A DNA stretch of 14,493 nucleotides from the NCBI GenBank assembly GCA_020184695.1, contig JAANOX010000170.1, forward strand, positions 1 through 14,493, written 5' to 3'. The stretch is from Histomonas meleagridis 2922-C6/04-290x (lineage: Eukaryota > Protista > Parabasalia). The translations under genes and the position numbers were made by a program. Within the stretch, counting starts at the first letter, position 1. Each line of letters opens with the position of its first letter. Below, piece by piece: positions 1 to 7,951 of the stretch. The notes below the pieces were generated by a model, which saw only the letters and a list, made by a program, of their open reading frames with translations, had not been told where the DNA came from and did no database searches.

Positions 1-660
1 AAAAAAATCATTTTGATAAAATTAATATATAATATAGCTGATATGAAGTAATAAAATAATTTGATGTTAAATCTTCATTAAAATTAATTCTAAAATGAAA
101 TAAGATTAATTTGAAAAAATATATTTATTTTAAAATTTCAATAGCATTGATCGAATCTACACATTCAAAAATATATATCTATAATGTTTTTTTGGATTAA
201 AATATCTTATATTCATGAGAAGAAATGAAGATATTTCACATTAAAATTGAGTCGTATCGAATTATTGAATAAGTATTCGATTCTTACGTGGAAAAACCGT
301 AAATAACGACAACACATTCAAAAAAATTTGACGTACGATATTTAACTCAAAAGTGATTTTCTGTTTAAAATAATAATATTTCCATTAAAAATGATAAACT
401 GATAATTTTATTACTATTATATGAATAAATATCGATAATTATTGACTATATCAGAGTTTCATTAATTTTATTGAATTAAATTTTCAAATCTTAATTAGAT
501 TGCATCCAAAATTTAGTTGATGATTATTATAACATTATATTCTAATTTTTGCATTTATTTCTCATTAATTATTCTATTCATTCATTATTATCTATCATAA
601 TGTATTTTAAATATTTATCATTCATTATACGATATATTATACAATATATTATACATTACA

Positions 661-940
661 TTAATAATGAATAACAATATTCGTCACACTAATGAATAAC
701 AGTATAAATAACAATATACAATACACTAATGAATAACATTATATATTACATTATACATCACATTGATGAATAACATTATACAATACACCAATGAATAACA
801 TTATCTAATGCATTAATTAATAACATTATACAATACATTAATGAATTACACTATGAATAACATTAATGATGTTATTATTCATTAGTGTATTGTATAATGT
901 TATTCATTATTAATGTATTGTATAATGTTATTCATTAATG
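661..940. repeat. AT-rich minisatellite with inverted (foldback) arrangement
   Basis: ATGAATAAC recurs at 667, 692, 729, 766, 791 and 853 and then in inverted orientation. There are perfect 23-bp inverted pairs at 766-788 vs 885-907 and 820-842 vs 909-931. Confidence 0.75.
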
Positions 941-1087
941 TAATGCATAATTATCAATGATTGATATATTAATTAAAATACTCTATTTTCAATGCATATC
1001 TGGTCGTACTTAACACAAAATGTGCTTTTATATCAAATTTTCTGAACCTATCTGGTTTTGTACAAGTACCTGCAATCCAAATTTTTA

Positions 1088-2269
1088 ATGGAAAAGGATC
1101 CAAACCTAGAACAATATTTACTAAATTATCAAAAAATGGAAAACATTATCAATGAATTAAAAAATGGTAATACCGAACAAGCAGTTTGTTTAACACTAAA
1201 ATTATTCGATATTGATCAAAATATTATAATGTATAATTATGATGTTATTCATTTAGTTTATATTTTTTCCGCTCAACATGATAATAATCCCAAGGAATAT
1301 TTTGATTATTTGATTTTATTAAATCAAAAAGAAGAAGAAAAATTTCAAGTACATTTTAATATTATAAAATCATTTGCATTATTTCTTCGTCAGTTAGGAA
1401 CAAAAAAATCCGATTTTCTTTTAGAATATATGTTTGAGCATAAAATGGCTGATCCAATAATTGTTCAATATTTACATAGTTTTTATTTTGCACATTATAA
1501 TTTTAAATCAACAATCAATCAATATTTACCATATGAATTTGACATTGACAAATTAAAGGCGAATGATTGGGTTCTTCATAAAACTCTTGTTCATGAGGGA
1601 TTTACACAAAATGAAATTATGGAAATAATTCGAAATGATGATGTTAATAAACTTCAAGAAATATCATCTCAAGCAGGATTTAAATTAAATCAAGAAATAA
1701 CATATTCTTATTTTGATATATATTTCCATGAAATTGATTATAACCATGATTCAGCAAAAGTTACATTAATTGATTATGCAGCATTTTTTGGATCAATAAA
1801 ATGTTTTAAATATCTTCTTATGAATGGTGCAGATGTAAGTAATTCAGGTAAATATGCAATTGCAAGTGGAAATTTAGAAATTGTTCATTTATGCGAACAA
1901 AATCATTCATCATTTGAATATGCATATGAAACAGCAATTCAATTTCACCGAAATGATATTTTTAATTATTTGTATGAAAATAAATTAGAAGAATTAAATC
2001 ATTTAACTAAATTAGGAATAAAATGCATTGAATATTATAATTATCAAATATTATCATTTTTAGAAAGTAAAGGAATGACTGTTGATTCCGAATTAATTAC
2101 TAAATTAGCAGAAAATGGTAACTTATTCTTTATGAAATATTTTATTAAAAAAGTTGAAATGCCAAAGAATATTTTGGAATCAGCAGTTAAATCAGGCAAT
2201 ATAGAACTTGTTAAATTTATTCTTCAACAAAAAGATATTAATAAAAATGAAGATCGTTCGTACATATAA
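1088..2269 (+). CDS. DUF3447-like / ankyrin-repeat protein, N-terminal ORF (probably first coding segment of a longer gene ending at 3880)
   Basis: The ORF track starts at TTG 1058, but the first ATG is at 1088. Motifs LIDYAAFFGSIKCFKYLL and KYAIASGNLEIVHLCEQ...AIQFHRNDIFNYLYE match my recollection of the trichomonad DUF3447 family. The ORF ends within an ankyrin-like segment (SAVKSGNIELVKFILQQKDIN). Confidence 0.8.
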   Translation: MEKDPNLEQYLLNYQKMENIINELKNGNTEQAVCLTLKLFDIDQNIIMYNYDVIHLVYIFSAQHDNNPKEYFDYLILLNQKEEEKFQVHFNIIKSFALFLRQLGTKKSDFLLEYMFEHKMADPIIVQYLHSFYFAHYNFKSTINQYLPYEFDIDKLKANDWVLHKTLVHEGFTQNEIMEIIRNDDVNKLQEISSQAGFKLNQEITYSYFDIYFHEIDYNHDSAKVTLIDYAAFFGSIKCFKYLLMNGADVSNSGKYAIASGNLEIVHLCEQNHSSFEYAYETAIQFHRNDIFNYLYENKLEELNHLTKLGIKCIEYYNYQILSFLESKGMTVDSELITKLAENGNLFFMKYFIKKVEMPKNILESAVKSGNIELVKFILQQKDINKNEDRSYI

Positions 2270-2283
2270 CATTTGGATTTTCA

Positions 2284-3880
2284 CAAGTAATTTATTTGGC
2301 ATGTAAACTTGGTTATCTTGACATCTTCAAATTATTATTAAAACAAAAAGGAATAAAAACTTTAGATGTTTTTTCTTAGTATTTGAAATCTACATATTTT
2401 TTGTTAATTTAATGTTTGATATATATAATTAGTATTTAATTAAATTTATTTCGTAATTCATATATTAGTATTGCATTAAAGCAAGGAAATTTTGATATTG
2501 TTAAAACTATTATAAAGAAAAAATTATATTATGATATAAAAAAGTATATTCAAGTAAATTTGATTTTTATTTTAATATTTTTGTGTTATATTATAATTAT
2601 TATAGTAAACTCATTGTTTTCTCACCACCATTTATAATTGCTTGTAGAAGACATTATGCTGAAGTAGTGAAATTATTTATTGAACAAGGAGTTGATGTAA
2701 ATGTTACTGATATTTGTTTGAGTATAATGTTGATTCAAAATTATTAAGAAAATTTTTAAAGAATTTTTGGAGTTTTTTTATATTGTTTCAAACAGCGCTT
2801 TTCTTAGAATCAAAAAAAGGTTTTAGTGATATTTTTAAAATACTTCTTAATGAACCTAACATTGACGTTAATGCCAAAAACATTTACACTTTTCAATTAA
2901 TGTTAGTTTTAAATCTCAAAAAGGTATTTAGATTGAATTTTTCTATCACCTTTACAAATATCATGTTATAGATGTCATGTTGATCTTGTAAAGTTACTTC
3001 TTGAACATAAAGATATTGATGTTAATTCACAAGATATACATATATAAAACTTAATATTTATTTTAATGAAATATAGTTTTGATATATTTTATGGAATTTT
3101 ATTTCATAATTTAGAACACCTTTGATCATGTCATGTGGTCGAACACAAAATGAGATTAATAGAATTCTTTTTGACGAGAAAGGAATTGAATTAATAAAAT
3201 TAAATGTCAATTTTATTTAATTAATATATAATTTTTCATTTTGATATTTCTTAAACATATAAGAAGTTTATTTAATCAATTTAGATTATCATATATGCAT
3301 GAATTTGCCAATGGATATGAGGAAATTGTAAAAATGCTTCTTGAGCATAAAGAAATTAATATAAACATACAAGATGTTAATTTTTTCTAGATAAAATTCC
3401 ATTAAAATATCTGACGATATAATTTTATATTTGGAATATTTTTTAATGAAATGAAACAGCTCTTATAAAGTCATGTTCAAATAATGATATTAATATATTA
3501 AAATTACTTCTTGAATTTGAAGGAATTGATATAAATGTTAAAAATGTTAATCAAAAATATTTGTTTTGGTTTCAAAATTAAATTTGGAAATTATTCATAT
3601 CATTTAAAACAGCACTTATGAAAGCAGCTGAAAAAGGTTATACACAAATAGTTAAATTACTTCTTGAACAAGAAGGAATTGATATTAATGCTAAAGATAT
3701 TTATTCGTTTTGTTTAATTTTTCGTTTAATAATTTGATATTTCAAAATAATTATTGGAAATTATTTAAACTATTTAAAACAGTATATGATTGTGCAAAAA
3801 CAAATTTTAATATGATCTTACCGAAAAGGAAATATTATCAAACTAAAGAGAAAAATTGGTTTGTTCAATTTTTTTCGTGA
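2284..3880 (+). other. Interrupted ankyrin array: 10 coding units separated by non-coding spacers
   Basis: Units at 2284-2367, 2458-2547, 2625-2711, 2792-2881, 2946-3035, 3116-3205, 3286-3375, 3456-3545 and 3609-3698 (e.g. TALMKAAEKGYTQIVKLLLEQEGIDINAKD). The terminal unit 3779-3880 reads TVYDCAKT...FFS-TGA. Spacers are 29, 90, 77, 80, 64, 80, 80, 80, 63 and 80 nt. The first three units are degenerate and their boundaries less certain. Confidence 0.8.
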
Positions 3881-4174
3881 TCAACTAAAAAATGTCATAT
3901 TTCTTAATAAAAAAATATTTTTTTATTAATCTTTTAATTAAACCAGCACAACTCAAACACTAAAACTGTGAAACTTTTTTTGATAACTTTTATGTCTGAT
4001 TTAGAAATGGGTATTACATTAATTTACAATTTAATTTATGTATATGACTACATGGGTATATAATTCAAAAAGTTTGAAATGTCTCTTTTATTTATTATAA
4101 TGCTTTATATTAAAATCCTCTTAAATTCTAAAAGTAAAAATCATGAAATATTATTATATGAGTTTATGACATCT

Positions 4175-6746
4175 TCACTCTTTTATTATTGTACTTTTTT
4201 CTATATAAATTCCTTCTTGAGTATGAAGTAATTCAACAATTTTAGTATGCCGGTATCGAGATGCCACTTTAAGTGCTGAATCAAATATTTTGAAATATTT
4301 CCAAATAATAATTTGAAATATAAAATTATTAATTTAAATTTTATACAAATTAAATAAACATTTTTCATATTTATATCGATATCATTTTGTTTAATAAGTA
4401 ATTTAACAGTTTTGGTATGACCTTTTTCAGATGCCAAAATAAGTGCTGTATCAAAAAATGTGTATGTTTACCGTTGATTATTAGCAAATATAATGTTTTT
4501 TGAATAAACATCGATATCAGAAAAAGAACAGTTCTATTATTAACATCAATCAATTTTTGTTTAAGAAATATTTCCACTAAATCCGTATATCCTTTTTCAG
4601 ATGCGATAATAAGTGCTGTCCAAATGAATTTGTTGATGCTTTATGCATAATTTTGAAATATAAAATATGAAAAACAAAGTTTAAATAAAAAAATAAAATA
4701 TTTTGAGCATTAATATCAATCCCTGAATGTTGAAGAAGAATTTTAACAATTTCAGTATATCCTTTTTCTGATGCTTTCATGAGTGCTGTAGTAAATATTT
4801 TAATGAATTACCAAATATTATTCTTAAATTTCTTTTTATTAAATTAAACATTAAACAAAACAATTAAATATCTTTAGCATTAACATCAATTCCTTCTTGT
4901 TCAAGAAGTAATTGAACTATTTCTATATGATCATTTTCGACTGCATAAAGAAGTGCTGTATTAAATATTTTAAATAATTTCCAAATATTATTAAAATATT
5001 TCAAATAATATAATTGGTTTTTAAATAAAATAACTTAATATCTTTATAATTAATATTAGATCCTTTTTGCTTGAGAAGTAATTTAACTATTTCTATATCA
5101 CCATTATAAGATGCATAAATAAGTGCAGTTCGAAGAAAATTAAATTTTCCCCAAATAATACTTAAAAACATGCTGTAAAAAATATTAATTCTAAATAAAA
5201 TAAATTAATATTACCAATATTACATAAAATTCCTTCTTGTTCAAGAAGCAATTTTACTATTTCCGTGTTGCCTTTTACAGCTGCATTCATTAATACTGTT
5301 TTAAATAATTAAAATAATTTCCAAATATTATTTGTGAACAAAAAGACAAAAAAACGAATTCGAATTCAAATGAATAAACATCTTTAGCATTAACATCAAT
5401 ACCTGTTTTTCCAAGAAGAATTTTAACAATTTCAGTGTAACCATTATAAGATGCATAAGTTAATACTGTTTTAAATATTTTAAATAATTTCCAATTATTA
5501 TATTTAAACAAAAAATAGTTAAAATTCACATCGAATTAAATAAATAAATAGTTTTAGAATTGACATCAATATATGGTTGTTCAAGAAGTAATTTAGCAAT
5601 TTCTTCATGATTATTTTTCACCGATAATATAAGTGCTGTTTCGAGTTATATAAATAAATACCAAATATTATTTTTAAATATAAAATCTTTTTTATAAACA
5701 TCAAATTAAATATACAAAAATTTTTGGCATTGATTTCTATTCCTTTTTGTTCAAGAAGTAATTGAACGATTTCTATTTTACCATTTTGTGATGCCCATAT
5801 AAGTGCTGACCAAAATAATTTATTTAATTTCCAAATATTATTGTGAAAAATAAAATAATTTAAATAAATTTCATACAAAACTAAGAAACATCTCTTACAT
5901 TAATATCGATTGTTTCTTGTTCAAGAAGCAATTTAACTATATCTATATAACCTCTATAAGATGCAATAATAAGTGGTGTATATAATAATTTAAATAATTT
6001 CCAAATAATGCTTAAAAACATCAAATTATTTAAATTAATATTACTAAATAAAACAAATAAATGTCTTTCACATTAACATCAATATTTTGTTGCTCAAGTA
6101 ATAATTTAACTATATCTGTATATCCATTTTCAGTTGCCATAATAATTGGAGTTTTAAATAATTTTAATGATTTCCAAATATTATTTTAAAATATCATAAA
6201 ATTATCATGATAAACATTACAAAATAAGTAACAAATATTTTTAGCATTAACACAAATTTCTTTTTGCTTAAGAAGTAATTTAACTATTTCCGTATGGCCT
6301 TTAGAAGATGCAATCATAATTACTGTTTTATATAATTTAAATAACTTCCAAATATTATTTTGTAATATCAGATTATTTAGTTAAATATTAAATTTTACAT
6401 ATAAATATCTAAAGCATTGATATCAATTCCTTTTTGTTCAAGAAGTAACTCAACAATTTTAGTATGACCTCTATAAGATGCGATAATAAGTGCTGTCCAA
6501 ATGAATTTGTTGATGCTTTATGCATAATTTTGAAATATAAAATATGAAAAACAAAGTTTAAATAAAAAAATAAAATATTTTGAGCATTAATATCAATCCC
6601 TGAATGTTGAAGAAGAATTTTAACAATTTCAGTATATCCTTTTTCTGATGCTTTCATGAGTGCTGTAGTAAATATTTTAATGAATTACCAAATATTATTC
6701 TTAAATTTCTTTTTATTAAATTAAACATTAAACAAAACAATTAAAT
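4175..6746 (-). other. Interrupted ankyrin array: 15 coding units separated by 15 non-coding spacers (170-nt period)
   Basis: Fourteen stop-free 90-nt units start at 6666, 6496, 6326, 6152, 5979, 5809, 5639, 5469, 5299, 5129, 4959, 4789, 4619 and 4449. The terminal unit 4279-4175 reads SALKVASRYRHTKIVELLHTQEGIYIEKSTIIKE-TGA. Thirteen spacers are 80 nt, one is 84 nt (6153-6236) and one is 83 nt (5980-6062). Confidence 0.9.
4599..4901. repeat. 303-bp direct repeat, copy 2 (identical to 6476-6778)
   Basis: Base-by-base reading showed no differences from 6476-6778. It covers two spacers and the unit TALMKASEKGYTEIVKILLQHSGIDINAQN. Confidence 0.9.
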
Positions 6747-6778
6747 ATCTTTAGCATTAACATCAATTCCTTCTTGTT
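6476..6778. repeat. 303-bp direct repeat, copy 1 (identical to 4599-4901)
   Basis: The offset of 1877 nt equals 11 array periods (11x170 plus the 4- and 3-nt spacer insertions). Confidence 0.9.
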
Positions 6779-7784
6779 TAATTAGAAAATAGAAAAGTTT
6801 AATGTTCAAAGATTTTATCGATAAAATCAATAATTCATTAGGCTTTAAAATAGAATATTCTTTTCCTTTATTTTCATATATATATTTAAAGATTTCATTT
6901 TTATGATATTCGATTGCCGTTTCATATGCATCTTTAAATATTGAATGATTTTGTTCACATAAATGAATAATCTCTAAATTTCCGCCTGCAATTGCATATT
7001 TACCTGTGTTATCTAATTTAGCATTATTTAACATTAAGAATTTGAAGCATTTAACAGCAGAAAAAAATGCTGCATAATCAATTAATGTAACATTTTCTTG
7101 ATTAATAAATGAACATCTTTCATAAAGTGATGGTTTAATTATTTGATTAAAATCAAAATTTGTTTGTGATGATATTTCTTGAAGTTTTTCTATTTCATCA
7201 TTTCGAATTATCTTTGCAATTTCATTTGGATTATGTCCTTCTTTAATTAATTGCTTATGAAGTTCCCAATCATTCTTCGATAGTTCTAAATAATTCAAAA
7301 TGAAATATCTCCAAAATGGATACATGTTAACAAGAAATGGATTTTTCAAATTATTTAACATATCTTCTGACATATAATGTGCGAAATAAAATGTTTTTTT
7401 ATCCTTAACCAAATCTGATGAAATTAAATTTAAATCAATCATTTCATGAAGTATGTAATAAGATTCTTGCGTGCTCATTTCAAGTATAAAATGCGAAAAC
7501 GTATCAATGATTTCATTTTTTCCTTCTTTATTTCCGATTTCTTTCATGTAATTAAGATATATGTTAAAATCTTTCATTCGGGCAATGAATGCTGAATAAA
7601 TCAATTGGCTTAGAAATAAATTTGGATTATCCAAAACATTGATAAAATTCATTGTTGCATCAACTGATTCCATAATATTATTATCACTAATATTAAGAAC
7701 AATCTCTTCAAGTGATTGAATTTTTTGTGTATATTTACTTGATTCTAATTGAGATCTCAATGTAGTATCAATAGAGTTACTCAT
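6741..7784 (-). CDS. DUF3447-like / ankyrin-repeat protein, N-terminal ORF (probably first coding segment of a gene ending at 4175)
   Basis: 347-aa ORF with LIDYAAFFSAVKCFKFLML and KYAIAGGNLEIIHLCEQNHS...AIEYHKNEIFKYIYE, clearly paralogous to the 1088 ORF. It ends EGIDVNAKDI-TAA, where the stop is the second codon of the first 80-nt spacer. Confidence 0.85.
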   Translation of the reverse strand: MSNSIDTTLRSQLESSKYTQKIQSLEEIVLNISDNNIMESVDATMNFINVLDNPNLFLSQLIYSAFIARMKDFNIYLNYMKEIGNKEGKNEIIDTFSHFILEMSTQESYYILHEMIDLNLISSDLVKDKKTFYFAHYMSEDMLNNLKNPFLVNMYPFWRYFILNYLELSKNDWELHKQLIKEGHNPNEIAKIIRNDEIEKLQEISSQTNFDFNQIIKPSLYERCSFINQENVTLIDYAAFFSAVKCFKFLMLNNAKLDNTGKYAIAGGNLEIIHLCEQNHSIFKDAYETAIEYHKNEIFKYIYENKGKEYSILKPNELLILSIKSLNIKLFYFLIKQEGIDVNAKDI

Positions 7785-7872
7785 CCATTTTGGCTTCGGT
7801 TTAAACCAGTTATTGAATCACACCGATTATTTACAATTCAAAACATGTTAAATCCATTAAGAACTTTTGATA

Positions 7873-7910
7873 CCCTGATTTCTTTCCAATTCGCGATTTT
7901 TACGACCGTT
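7873..7910 (+). repeat. Left TIR of pogo-like element
   Basis: CCCTGATTTCTTTCCAATTCGCGATTTTTACGACCGTT matches the reverse complement of 9174-9211 with 2 mismatches. Confidence 0.9.
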
Positions 7911-7951
7911 TATAGTATTCAAAAAATAGTAAACGGCCTAGTGTGGCCACA

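Noticed and set aside
4201-6657. Small track ORFs (4201-4437, 4371-4577, 4577-4780, 5290-5529, 5618-5878, 6409-6657; also 2714-2971) as separate genes or membrane proteins
   Set aside because: Each is one ankyrin unit read through into an AT-rich spacer, and the F/I/L-rich tails are compositional artefacts.
4280-6746. Canonical GT-AG introns using GT of GAT-GTT and AG of ACA-GCA
   Set aside because: Only 4 of 15 spacers here start with GT, and several units start ACT-CCA, ACA-CCA or ACT-GCA with no AG. Where both exist, the 84-nt removal shifts the frame.
4280-6746. CRISPR-like repeat-spacer array
   Set aside because: The periodic units are diverged protein-coding ankyrin segments, the spacers are related to each other rather than unique, and there are no cas genes in this eukaryotic context.
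4280-6746. Ciliate-style TA-bounded excision or U12 AT-AC introns
   Set aside because: The commonest TA pair (spacer positions 4-5 and 73-74) would remove 69 nt and not restore frame. There is no ATATCCT 5' site or consistent AC end.
2284-6746. Stop-codon reassignment as the full explanation of the interruptions
   Set aside because: Most spacers are not multiples of 3, and the long ORFs and units contain no internal TAA, TAG or TGA.
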